NCBI GenBank assembly: GCA_938002015.1
Contig: CALLAU010000003.1
Span: 4,084 to 68,083, forward strand
From: an uncultured Bdellovibrionales bacterium
GTDB lineage: Bacteria > Bdellovibrionota > Bdellovibrionia > Bdellovibrionales > UBA1609
Reading direction: 5' to 3'
DNA: 64,000 bases
Part shown: piece after piece, positions 10,192 to 18,540 of the stretch
Layout: every line of letters begins with the position of its first letter
How positions within the stretch are numbered: the stretch's first letter is position 1
Translations under genes and position numbers: made by a program
Notes under the pieces: generated by a model
What the model saw: only the letters and a program-made list of their open reading frames with translations
Told to the model about the DNA's origin: nothing
Databases searched by the model: none

Positions 10192-10212
10192 TGTCTTTAC
10201 GGCTGTCTTTAC
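10192..10212 (+). repeat. Tandem putative integrase arm-type sites
   Basis: TGTCTTTAC at 10192 and 10204; AATTGTCTTTA recurs at 16369-16379 near the other end. Confidence 0.65.
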
Positions 10213-10242
10213 AGCTTTAAATTTTGATTAGTAATTTATGGC

Positions 10243-10277
10243 TCCTCAATAAGAGAAAACTCATCTCTATTTGAGGA
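10243..10277. promoter_or_regulatory. Imperfect inverted repeat upstream of the XRE gene (putative operator)
   Basis: TCCTCAATAAGAGA-N7-TCTCTATTTGAGGA, 12 of 14 positions paired. Confidence 0.55.
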
Positions 10278-10322
10278 TAGTTGTCATCGAACAAGTTTCT
10301 TTTCCCGAAAGGATTAATGGAA

Positions 10323-10610
10323 ATGAAACTAGATAAAACCATCTCAAAACTTTGTAAGACTGAAGGATTAACTTTATCTGCTTTAGCTAAAAAAGCTAAG
10401 GTTCCTACACAAACACTTCATGCATGGACAACTGGGCGAACATCAATTAACCCCGATCAAGTCAAAGCCGTAGCAAATATTTTAAAAGTCTCAACCCATC
10501 GTCTTCTATTTGATGAACCCGACCCTTACGCCCATCAAGCTGAAGAAGTTCTTGAAGAAATTTTCAAAGGAGACGTTAGAGTGACTTTAGAAAGAATAAA
10601 GAGGAGATAG
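10323..10610 (+). CDS. XRE-family HTH regulator
   Basis: LTLSALAKKAKVPTQTLHAWTTG...VANILKVS; AAAGGA RBS favours ATG at 10323. Confidence 0.88.
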   Translation: MKLDKTISKLCKTEGLTLSALAKKAKVPTQTLHAWTTGRTSINPDQVKAVANILKVSTHRLLFDEPDPYAHQAEEVLEEIFKGDVRVTLERIKRR

Positions 10611-10614
10611 CTTA

Positions 10615-11031
10615 GTGATATTTTTATTCTCTGTACTGTTTATCAATTTATTCCCCAGACATGCTTTACCTTCGACAGTAATAGAAAAATTATATGATTT
10701 GCCAAAAAATCACTGTATTGAGATTAAACATCTACGTTGGTCTATAGTGCAAAAAGTTTCAGATCATGAATACTTTGCTCAGGGAGATGGAACAGCATCT
10801 TTAGGTTACGCAATAATTAAAACAAAAAAAGCCATTTACAGTGGTACCGGCATTCCTCTTGGAATATCAGTTAGAAAAGTAGGATCAACACTTGTTACTT
10901 TAAGCAACGGCTTTACTAAAAATGCTTCAATATGGAAAGAATGCAACTATGATGTTAACGCCGAGTGTGCAATTACGCCTTATGGCAGAATTGTAAAACC
11001 GAATCGAACCACACAAAAACCATGCAATTAG
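10615..11031 (+). CDS. Hypothetical exported protein
   Basis: Hydrophobic N-terminus, four Cys, operonic with the XRE gene. Confidence 0.6.
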   Translation: MIFLFSVLFINLFPRHALPSTVIEKLYDLPKNHCIEIKHLRWSIVQKVSDHEYFAQGDGTASLGYAIIKTKKAIYSGTGIPLGISVRKVGSTLVTLSNGFTKNASIWKECNYDVNAECAITPYGRIVKPNRTTQKPCN

Positions 11032-11047
11032 TCTTTGAGGTTAATAA

Positions 11048-11605
11048 GTGAAAATTTTTTTTATAAGTTTCTTAGTAATATTACGGTATTTTATAATTGG
11101 AATATTAATCATATCTGTTTTTCTTTACATGCTAGGCTGGAATGAAACAACCAGAAAGGCACCTAAACATGAAATAAAGCTTGATAGTGAGTGGTCAACT
11201 TACAACCGAATAGATAAAATACGTAATAATTCATATCAAATTTATTCAATAAAAAGTCTCAACTCTTTTGAGCTTAAATTCCCCTACGATGGCTTGCAAT
11301 ATGCATCTATTGATTTGGTAAAATATCAAGGTGAATGGACATCCGCAGCTTTTATGATTGAAAGAGGAATTTTTGCTTGCAAATATGATTTTACTAAGGA
11401 CAACCCTTGTATATTTAAAGTTAAGTTCGGTAACTCGTCGGTTAAGAATTTTGTAATGCAAAATTCACCTGATAATACAGATCAAATCAAGATTTTTAAA
11501 AACTCTAAAAAATTTATAGACGAGCTTCTGAAAGTTAATGGAGTTATTATTAACGAAGCCGGCGTACATCAATTCGAATTCAAGTGGCAAAATATGCCAA
11601 ATTAA
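11048..11605 (+). CDS. Hypothetical membrane-anchored protein
   Basis: N-terminal TM then S.N....FPY.G and a Cys pair; resembles prophage accessory proteins from memory only. Confidence 0.6.
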   Translation: MKIFFISFLVILRYFIIGILIISVFLYMLGWNETTRKAPKHEIKLDSEWSTYNRIDKIRNNSYQIYSIKSLNSFELKFPYDGLQYASIDLVKYQGEWTSAAFMIERGIFACKYDFTKDNPCIFKVKFGNSSVKNFVMQNSPDNTDQIKIFKNSKKFIDELLKVNGVIINEAGVHQFEFKWQNMPN

Positions 11606-11625
11606 GCTTAGGTTTTTACACAAAG

Positions 11626-12540
11626 CTATCTCTCAAATTGTCTAACTTGATTAACCAGCAATGGACCTATTTGCTGTGTTACACAGCCTTGTTTAAAATT
11701 CTTGAATTTTTCGACCAATTCCTTCAGTTCTTCAGACTCAATACTAGATATAACATACTGTTCAGCTGCTTTAATAACTAGCTGATTTAGTTTTTTTACT
11801 AAAGAAACTGTACATTCTTCAGAAGAGTCTTCTGAACCATTAAAAGAAGCTGAACCTGTAGCGACTAACAGCCCTAATTGAGGTGTTAAAGGGAAATATA
11901 TAATACAATTATGCCCAACCCCTTCATTTATATAACACACAGGGTTGTCAGAAGTTACAAAAGGAGTATCCGAGTTATTCTGCAAAAATACAAATTTTGA
12001 TTGCGAGAACCTCTCTATAGTTTTAGGCAAACCTTTTAAAGCTATCAATTCAACCCAGTCAGTTTCAGTAATCAAAGCCTTTAAATCGACACCTTCAAGC
12101 TCTTTAGGTCGAGGCGGAAACGCACCTTGCTTCTCAAGTATTTTAGCTGTTAAGTCAATTAAGGACTCTGTAGCTAACTTTCTTTGCTGTTTATTAGAAG
12201 GAGTAGCTTGAATAAGAACAGCCAAATATTCAGATATTATTTTTTTCATTTCTAAGTACGCTGCTCGCCTTCTTGTACCCTCTAAGAAAGCTTTTAAGTT
12301 TTCTGTCATTTGAAACCAGTTATTCTCAATAGGAACAAGAACCTCCTCAATTAACCTAGGATTTGACTCAATGAGTTTGTTTGTTGAGCCATTTCGGATA
12401 AAGCAAATCTCACCTCTTCCTTTTAAACGACAACTTAAACTTTGCTTATCATACACCCAGAGTTTTTTCTCTCCTGAAGGTAAGAAAGGCTTCATATATA
12501 CTTTAGAAAGAAAATGATCGTTTGGCTTCTTTTTACCCAT
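11626..12540 (-). CDS. DUF4238-family protein
   Basis: N-terminal DHFLSKVYMKPF, FVTSDNPV, FPLTPQ, N...A..Y C-terminus. Confidence 0.82.
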   Translation of the reverse strand: MGKKKPNDHFLSKVYMKPFLPSGEKKLWVYDKQSLSCRLKGRGEICFIRNGSTNKLIESNPRLIEEVLVPIENNWFQMTENLKAFLEGTRRRAAYLEMKKIISEYLAVLIQATPSNKQQRKLATESLIDLTAKILEKQGAFPPRPKELEGVDLKALITETDWVELIALKGLPKTIERFSQSKFVFLQNNSDTPFVTSDNPVCYINEGVGHNCIIYFPLTPQLGLLVATGSASFNGSEDSSEECTVSLVKKLNQLVIKAAEQYVISSIESEELKELVEKFKNFKQGCVTQQIGPLLVNQVRQFER

Positions 12541-12622
12541 CGAAGTAATTAATAAAGTAAATATTAAAAAAGTTCAAATAGAAGCACTTTTCATATTATC
12601 TAAAGTAGATAAAAATAGATTC

Positions 12623-12862
12623 ATGGGCAAACCAATAGGATATCCAAAAACAGGTGGTCGCAAGGCCGGCACTCCAAATAAGAAATCTAGGCATTTGATC
12701 CAGTTACTAGAGGAACTCAATATTAACTTAATTGAACAAATAATACTCGAAATACCGAATTTAAAACCTGAAGAGAAAGTAAGAACCTGCCTTCAATTAA
12801 TGCCCTTTGTTTATCCAAAGAAGAAACCTGAAGAGTTTGATTCATTAGATCCACTCTTTTGA
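12623..12862 (+). CDS. Small basic phage-type protein, resembles the N-terminus of some small terminases
   Basis: GYPKTGGRKAGTPNKK motif, then helical segment ending L.PFVYPK. Confidence 0.6.
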   Translation: MGKPIGYPKTGGRKAGTPNKKSRHLIQLLEELNINLIEQIILEIPNLKPEEKVRTCLQLMPFVYPKKKPEEFDSLDPLF

Positions 12863-13683
12863 TTATATATTTTGCTAATCACAAAACTTCCTATTTCTTC
12901 TCCAGATTCTATCATCCTATGGAACTCATCAATTGCCTCAGAAAAAGTAATTCTACCAATGCCATCTTGATGCTTTTCATAAATCTCTACAAGACTATTA
13001 AAGTGCTTCTCAGCTTGTGCCTTTATGCTTGAGATATAGCCTTGCTCCCATCTAGCGTTTTCTTCATGAGTAGGAACAGGGAAATTGAAGTCTTCAAATT
13101 TAATTTTTGGACCTATTGCACTGTCTACAAAATGATTATCATAGGAAATTTGCAGCTTTCCACCTGGACGAATAAGCTCTCCAATTTTATTTCGAATTTG
13201 TCTATTTCCAGTTCCTTTGCTGCCTTTATAAAACATTAAATAAGCATACAAATAAAATGCTAATCCACCAAAGAAAGGCCTCCCTCTTCTCTTTCCTTTA
13301 AAGGGATCATAAGGCTCATCATCAATATACTCTACTAATAGATTGTCTTCTACAGTATTGAGAACCTGAGGTAAATGGCTTATCCAATCATCAACTTTAA
13401 GACCCTCATTTAATGTTTCAAATTTGATTTCATCTAATATGCTTCCAGCTTCAAAAGCTTTTAATTTACTAGATAAGCTAATGAGAGAATTATGTAGATC
13501 GTCTACTCTTCTTGCATCTACCTGAGTTGCCGCCTCCGCATAAGCTCCCGTTTCCTCAATAAGCATAACGCTAAGTAAAGAGCTTTCAATATTAACGACT
13601 CTTTTTTCAACTTCAATTTGCGCATAAATAACAGATTTTTCTTTTTTTTCTTTCTGCTTTTTTTCTTTTTCTATATCGAGCAC
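12811..13683 (-). CDS. Hypothetical protein
   Basis: 290-aa ORF with GTG start and AGGAGAG RBS; KRRGRP basic motif; no family recognised. Confidence 0.7.
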   Translation of the reverse strand: MLDIEKEKKQKEKKEKSVIYAQIEVEKRVVNIESSLLSVMLIEETGAYAEAATQVDARRVDDLHNSLISLSSKLKAFEAGSILDEIKFETLNEGLKVDDWISHLPQVLNTVEDNLLVEYIDDEPYDPFKGKRRGRPFFGGLAFYLYAYLMFYKGSKGTGNRQIRNKIGELIRPGGKLQISYDNHFVDSAIGPKIKFEDFNFPVPTHEENARWEQGYISSIKAQAEKHFNSLVEIYEKHQDGIGRITFSEAIDEFHRMIESGEEIGSFVISKIYNQKSGSNESNSSGFFFG

Positions 13684-13845
13684 AGTCTCTCCTATATTTC
13701 TTTACCAGTGCTCGAAGGAAAAAGATTTGGTCACATTAAGTTTCCCACAATCTCACAGACACTAATAGAGGAATCAAATTAAATCGTTACTTAACTAATT
13801 ATTAATAATTAGAAGAGTACTGCTTTATTTAAAAGGAGTTATTTA

Positions 13846-14559
13846 ATGCCTAGTAATTTTAGTAATAAAGATAATTTTCATGAAAAATATTTATGTAATA
13901 CATATTATGAAAATAGCCAAATATCAGAAAAAAAGAAAGAATCTAAATTGAGAATTGATTTTATATATTCGACTTATCCAAGATTATTTAACTCAAGAAG
14001 GGCTAAAGTTCCTAAATTAATTCAGCCAAGCTTTAAAACATTAAAGTCAAAGTATTTTGAACTCACTAATAAGCTGAACTCAGCTAACCCAGAAGCTATG
14101 AGGACACGTGCAGAAAGTCGTTTTAAAACCAAGCTGAGACTTCATTCAAAAAAACAACTAAAACAGAGTATTTGGATTGGTTCACACTGCATAGATTTAT
14201 TTATTCCAAATATTAGGTCTCATCATAAATATCCAAAGAAAGTAATGCGAGGTCTTGCTATTGAAATCGATGGGGATTGTCATAAATATGAGCAAAAAGG
14301 AATTAAAGATGAAAGAAAAGGGGCTGAGCTTTTAGATTTAGGTATCGGAACAATTCATATACCTAACTGGGAATTCAATGAAACGACTATAAAAGACATA
14401 TTAAAATCAATATCAAACTTTGAACCATTAGATAGTCGAGAAAGAATAAGGCTTTGGACACGCATTTTTACTTATACATTAGCGACACACCTCACACATA
14501 AGGAATTTTTTCAAATTTTTAAGGTTAAACCTGATCTTATTGGAGATAAAAATGAGTGA
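13846..14559 (+). CDS. DUF559/Vsr-like PD-(D/E)xK endonuclease-fold protein
   Basis: TRAE...IDLFIP...AIEIDGDCH...D.RK...L..LGI..IHI.N pattern; AAGGAG RBS. Confidence 0.75.
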   Translation: MPSNFSNKDNFHEKYLCNTYYENSQISEKKKESKLRIDFIYSTYPRLFNSRRAKVPKLIQPSFKTLKSKYFELTNKLNSANPEAMRTRAESRFKTKLRLHSKKQLKQSIWIGSHCIDLFIPNIRSHHKYPKKVMRGLAIEIDGDCHKYEQKGIKDERKGAELLDLGIGTIHIPNWEFNETTIKDILKSISNFEPLDSRERIRLWTRIFTYTLATHLTHKEFFQIFKVKPDLIGDKNE

Positions 14560-14770
14560 TGATAAAAATAAAATGCTCGATGCTTGTTCTTTGACAACTG
14601 AATTGAAATGGTTAACTCACCAAGAGGCGGCTGACTACCTTAGAATAAGTAAAAAAGCTTTATATAACCTGTGCTCTCAAGGCAAGATAGAGCCCCATAA
14701 ACTTCTTTCAGATCGTAGAAACCGTTATCTAGTCTCAGAGCTTAATGAGCTCTTCTTTAAGAAATATTAA
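14552..14770 (+). CDS. Excisionase-like HTH protein
   Basis: WLTHQEAADYLRISKKALYNL, directly upstream of the integrase. Confidence 0.88.
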   Translation: MSDDKNKMLDACSLTTELKWLTHQEAADYLRISKKALYNLCSQGKIEPHKLLSDRRNRYLVSELNELFFKKY

Positions 14771-14781
14771 AGGAGAAAGAA

Positions 14782-15897
14782 ATGGGAATAAAATTTCTTA
14801 AAGAGAAAAAAATTTACAGGGTGAGTTACTCAAAAAGAAACCCTAAAACAAGTAAATCTGTTAATAGAATGAGAACTCATTTTAAAAATCAAACAGGACT
14901 AAAAAAAGAGATCAGTACTTTAGCTGAGGCGAAGAGAGTTTATAATAAGTTAGTAATTGAAGTTGAAGAGGCAATCATTAGACAAGACATTCCTAACTGG
15001 AAACAACTGTTAGAAGAATTTGCACCCTATTATTTAAAAACTGGCGTTGAAACAAAAACAGTTGATACTTACATGAGTTGTCTGAATAAACATACGCAGT
15101 GCTGGTATAAAATCGGTGTGGAAAAGATTAATGACTCTATGATTAGAAATTTAATAAATGGACTAAGCTCTAAAAGCAAAAGTCATCAAAAAAACATGCT
15201 CAAATTCATCAGAAGAGTTTTTCAATTTGCTTTAGAAAAAAATTACATCAGTCGTAATCCGACACCAAATATGAAGTTTAAGTTTGGCAGTAAAAACTCT
15301 AAAGTTCTTTCTAGGACAGAGGCTAGTAAACTGTTAACTTTTGCCAAAATAAATAATTCCTCTTGGTACTATCATTGGTTAATGGCTTTATATACAGGAA
15401 TGAGGAATGGTGAACTTTTTGCTTTAAGATGGAAAGATATAAGTTTTGAAGAAAAACAGATTAAAATCCAACAATCTTGGAATAATAAGGACGGCTTTAA
15501 ATCTACCAAATCTGGTGACGAGAGAATAGTTCCTTTAGCATCTGAACTGATACAGGACTTAAAAGAACTTAGACTTACCAGCAAAGACAATGAGTTTGTA
15601 TTACCAAGGCTAAACAAGTGGATAAAAGGCGAGCAAGCTAGAGAACTTAGAAAGTTTCTAGTGGGAGTTGGCCTTCCAGAGATTCGTTTTCATGATTTAA
15701 GAGCAACTTGGGCCACATTACTTCTTTCTGAAGATGTACCACCAGTTAAAGTTATGGCAATGGGTGGATGGAAAGATATTAAAACTATGATGATCTACAT
15801 TCGCAAAGCCGGTATTGATTTACGTGATGCAACTTCTTGTCTTCAATTAGTTGATAAAGCAACTAATACTAAAGTCTTGAATCTGATAACACGTTAA
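14782..15897 (+). CDS. Tyrosine recombinase/integrase
   Basis: TGMRNGELFALRW, K (TKSG), FHDLRAT, GGW, Y (MMIY); SAM-like core-binding domain (SRNP). Confidence 0.96.
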   Translation: MGIKFLKEKKIYRVSYSKRNPKTSKSVNRMRTHFKNQTGLKKEISTLAEAKRVYNKLVIEVEEAIIRQDIPNWKQLLEEFAPYYLKTGVETKTVDTYMSCLNKHTQCWYKIGVEKINDSMIRNLINGLSSKSKSHQKNMLKFIRRVFQFALEKNYISRNPTPNMKFKFGSKNSKVLSRTEASKLLTFAKINNSSWYYHWLMALYTGMRNGELFALRWKDISFEEKQIKIQQSWNNKDGFKSTKSGDERIVPLASELIQDLKELRLTSKDNEFVLPRLNKWIKGEQARELRKFLVGVGLPEIRFHDLRATWATLLLSEDVPPVKVMAMGGWKDIKTMMIYIRKAGIDLRDATSCLQLVDKATNTKVLNLITR

Positions 15898-15928
15898 CAG
15901 ACTGAGCTCTTCGTGTTCAAATACTTAC

Positions 15929-16366
15929 ATGGCAGAGAAAAAGTTCGATAAATGTGACTGTTTTTCCAGTTTAGTTGGCAATCTCGGTAAGTTTTTACTT
16001 GGCTTGGCCGCTGTAATTGGAGCTTGTAAATCGACTCAAATCGCTCAGATCATTTACAACAATCAAACACAGTCACAAAATCAAAGCTGTAGCTTTCACA
16101 TCTCCCCCAATACTTACAAAGAAATTGGTAAGGTTGCTCAAAAACTTACTGAGGTAGAAGATCAAGATGCTAATCCAATCATAATTGAATATTTTCATGA
16201 AAGTGGAGATGATAAAGCTTTAAATATCTCACCCGCTTTCAAAGCTAACCTTTTAAAAGACCTAAAAGCAGCGAAAACAGCAGATTCAAAGGCGGATGTA
16301 CTAGAAGCTTACTACCTCAAAACAAAAATCAGAGATGATAAAATTAAAAAAGCAATTGGTCCGTAA
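15929..16366 (+). CDS. Hypothetical protein with one N-terminal hydrophobic segment
   Basis: 145-aa ORF between integrase and right att site; QTQSQNQS tract. Confidence 0.6.
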   Translation: MAEKKFDKCDCFSSLVGNLGKFLLGLAAVIGACKSTQIAQIIYNNQTQSQNQSCSFHISPNTYKEIGKVAQKLTEVEDQDANPIIIEYFHESGDDKALNISPAFKANLLKDLKAAKTADSKADVLEAYYLKTKIRDDKIKKAIGP

Positions 16367-16428
16367 CCAATTGTCTTTATAGAATAGTGAAGTTCAACTA
16401 TTCTATATATTTAGGAAGACATCTTTGT

Positions 16429-16438
16429 CTCCACCATT
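16429..16438 (+). repeat. attR-like copy of the tmRNA 3' end
   Basis: CTCCACCATT identical to 10049-10058. Confidence 0.8.
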
Positions 16439-16491
16439 TAACAAGTTTGAGAACCTTAAATTTGACTGATTAAAGTCTAGAAGTAATAAAT

Positions 16492-17115
16492 ATGGATGAA
16501 AACACATTATACTATTTTTTTTCAACGATTGCCCAGTGCTTATCTGCCCTAGTTTCACTACTTGGGGTTTTTGTAGTTTTTAAGCTTCAAGACCTAAACA
16601 GTAGATTAGAGTCTAGAGCTGAAAAAATTTCCAACGCCTTTGTTAAGAAAAATTGGAAGTTTTTAATAAGAGCTGAAGGTGCTGAAAATAGAGTTGAAAA
16701 TCACATAGATGATGTTTCTCGCTGCAAAGAATTATGGGGAATTTTTTCTGATGCGTTAACTGGAAATATTAATAAGTATGAAGGTTTTTTTTACGGTCAG
16801 TTTAACCCTCAACGCAATAGTGGTGAGAGAGAGCGAACCGTAAGGAGTCAAATTCAAAAATTCTTAGGCTGGAAAGCTGAGTTTGATGCTTTATTCAAAG
16901 ATTTCAATAACAAGCCTAAAATTATTAAATCCTTGAAATTTGAAAGCGCCTTCGGATTAAGTCTTATCACATTATGTTTTGTCGCCTTACTTATTCCCGA
17001 GATGTGTCTATCAATTAATATTCTATGGTCAATTGTATTAATTTTTTTCGTCGTCACATCTATTTACATATGTCTGGTATACAGCTTAATTAAGAAGTGT
17101 TTTGAATATAAATAA
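16492..17115 (+). CDS. Hypothetical membrane protein (1 N-terminal and 2 C-terminal TMs)
   Basis: NTLYYFFSTIAQ...; only gene between two att copies. Confidence 0.75.
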   Translation: MDENTLYYFFSTIAQCLSALVSLLGVFVVFKLQDLNSRLESRAEKISNAFVKKNWKFLIRAEGAENRVENHIDDVSRCKELWGIFSDALTGNINKYEGFFYGQFNPQRNSGERERTVRSQIQKFLGWKAEFDALFKDFNNKPKIIKSLKFESAFGLSLITLCFVALLIPEMCLSINILWSIVLIFFVVTSIYICLVYSLIKKCFEYK

Positions 17116-17158
17116 CTTTGGAAAGTTCATTTTCAATATTCAGTTTTTTATGACTTTT

Positions 17159-17183
17159 ACAACAATCAGTGCACAACAATCAG
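17159..17183 (+). repeat. 11-bp direct repeat, possible arm-type sites of a second element
   Basis: ACAACAATCAG at 17159-17169 and 17173-17183. Confidence 0.6.
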
Positions 17184-17235
17184 CCTATAATTAAATATAT
17201 AGGGACTTGAATAGGTTCGACATCGAACAGCTCTG

Positions 17236-17246
17236 CTCCACCATTA
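17236..17246 (+). repeat. Third copy of the tmRNA 3' end
   Basis: CTCCACCATTA identical to 10049-10059. Confidence 0.8.
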
Positions 17247-17452
17247 GACAAAGGTTTTTGCTGCTTTCAGCGAAAATCTAATTTTCAAAAGTAAAAACAA
17301 TAACTTAACCAAGGAAAGGTTCCATACCCCTCTATTCTCAAATCACGTTAAATCACAGTGAATAATGGCATTTGCAACAACTCGTAGTAATCGGCTGTAG
17401 TTAACGAAAAATGGTTACTACAAATCTTCGTATTTTGTGCTATTCACATTTC

Positions 17453-18025
17453 ATGGCAAAGCTTTTAAAGAAAACTAAACGACTTATTCTACGCCCGCTG
17501 GAGACCAAAGACTTTGAAGTGTGGCGAACAGCCAATTCAAAAAAACTCCCCTCTCAAAATAAATGGGATGACGGAAGGCTTCCCGAGAAGGACTTCACCA
17601 AAGCTAAATTTAAAGCATTACTTAAAGAACAAAGTGATCATAGAAAAGCTGATCAATATTATAGACTTGGAGTTTTTAATAAAAAAACAGGTGCTCTAAT
17701 GGGCACTGTCTCAGCAATGAATGTTGTTAGGGGCGTTACACACTCTTGTTATCTAGGCTACTTCATTAACAACAACTACTGGGGGCAAGGCTATGGTAAA
17801 GAAGCAGCGCTAGGTATGATTCACTTCTGCTTTAAAGAGATGAAGCTTCACAGGGTTGAAGCTGGAGTTGAACCAACTAACAGGCGATCTATTATGCTTG
17901 CAAAATCACTGGGACTTAGAAAAGAGGGCCTAAAGAAGCGTATGATTTTTTTAAGAGGAGCCTGGCTAGACTGCACTATGTACAGCGCTACGTGTGAGGA
18001 GTTTGGGTATAAATGGAAAACTTAA
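17453..18025 (+). CDS. RimJ/RimL-family GNAT N-acetyltransferase
   Basis: TKRLILRPL, LGYFI...WGQGYGKEA, LHRVEA, N.RS..LA..LG. Confidence 0.9.
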   Translation: MAKLLKKTKRLILRPLETKDFEVWRTANSKKLPSQNKWDDGRLPEKDFTKAKFKALLKEQSDHRKADQYYRLGVFNKKTGALMGTVSAMNVVRGVTHSCYLGYFINNNYWGQGYGKEAALGMIHFCFKEMKLHRVEAGVEPTNRRSIMLAKSLGLRKEGLKKRMIFLRGAWLDCTMYSATCEEFGYKWKT

Positions 18026-18540
18026 AACAACATGAGGTTATTTATAAAGAAGCCTCAATCAAAGATTGGGATAACTTAGCTAAATTCAGAAGTAGATATT
18101 CTTTTGAGGACTTTAACAAAGCCAAAAATACTTTTGAAATAGATTTTTTAAACAGCGAGAACAATAAAAACAAACTTTTTATTGCAAGCCATCAAGATAA
18201 ATTAATTGGCTATGGTAGAGTTGGCCTACACACTCACAGTGACAGTAATGAGATTTATGGTCAAACTTCAGAAGTTCCTGAAGGTTATTACACAAAAGGC
18301 CTTTTGATCGATGAAGCTTTCAGAGGAAAAGGTATTGGGCGCACTTTAACAATACTTAGAGAAAACTGGGTCAAAGATTTCGATAATAAAATCTACTGCA
18401 TCCTAAGTCTCAAAAATAATAACTCTGTTCAAATGCACCTCAAACTTGGCTTTAAAGAGATTAAGAAAAACCTCTGCTATCCAAGTGATAAACCTAATGA
18501 AATGAGTGGCTGTTTATACATTAAGGAAATAGCAAATTGA
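18013..18540 (+). CDS. GNAT N-acetyltransferase
   Basis: FRGKGIG acetyl-CoA motif, N..S..MH.KLGF. Confidence 0.88.
   Translation: MENLKQHEVIYKEASIKDWDNLAKFRSRYSFEDFNKAKNTFEIDFLNSENNKNKLFIASHQDKLIGYGRVGLHTHSDSNEIYGQTSEVPEGYYTKGLLIDEAFRGKGIGRTLTILRENWVKDFDNKIYCILSLKNNNSVQMHLKLGFKEIKKNLCYPSDKPNEMSGCLYIKEIAN

Larger units (their letters stand above)
10049..16438. mobile_element. ~6.4 kb tyrosine-integrase element inserted at the tmRNA 3' end
   Basis: Direct repeat CTCCACCATT at 10049-10058 and 16429-16438; xis-int pair inside; TGTCTTTA motifs near both ends. Confidence 0.85.

Noticed and set aside
16378..17246. Integron interpretation of the one-gene unit
   Set aside because: The integrase lacks an evident IntI-specific insertion, and the boundaries are tmRNA-end copies rather than RYYYAAC...GTTRRRY attC sites.
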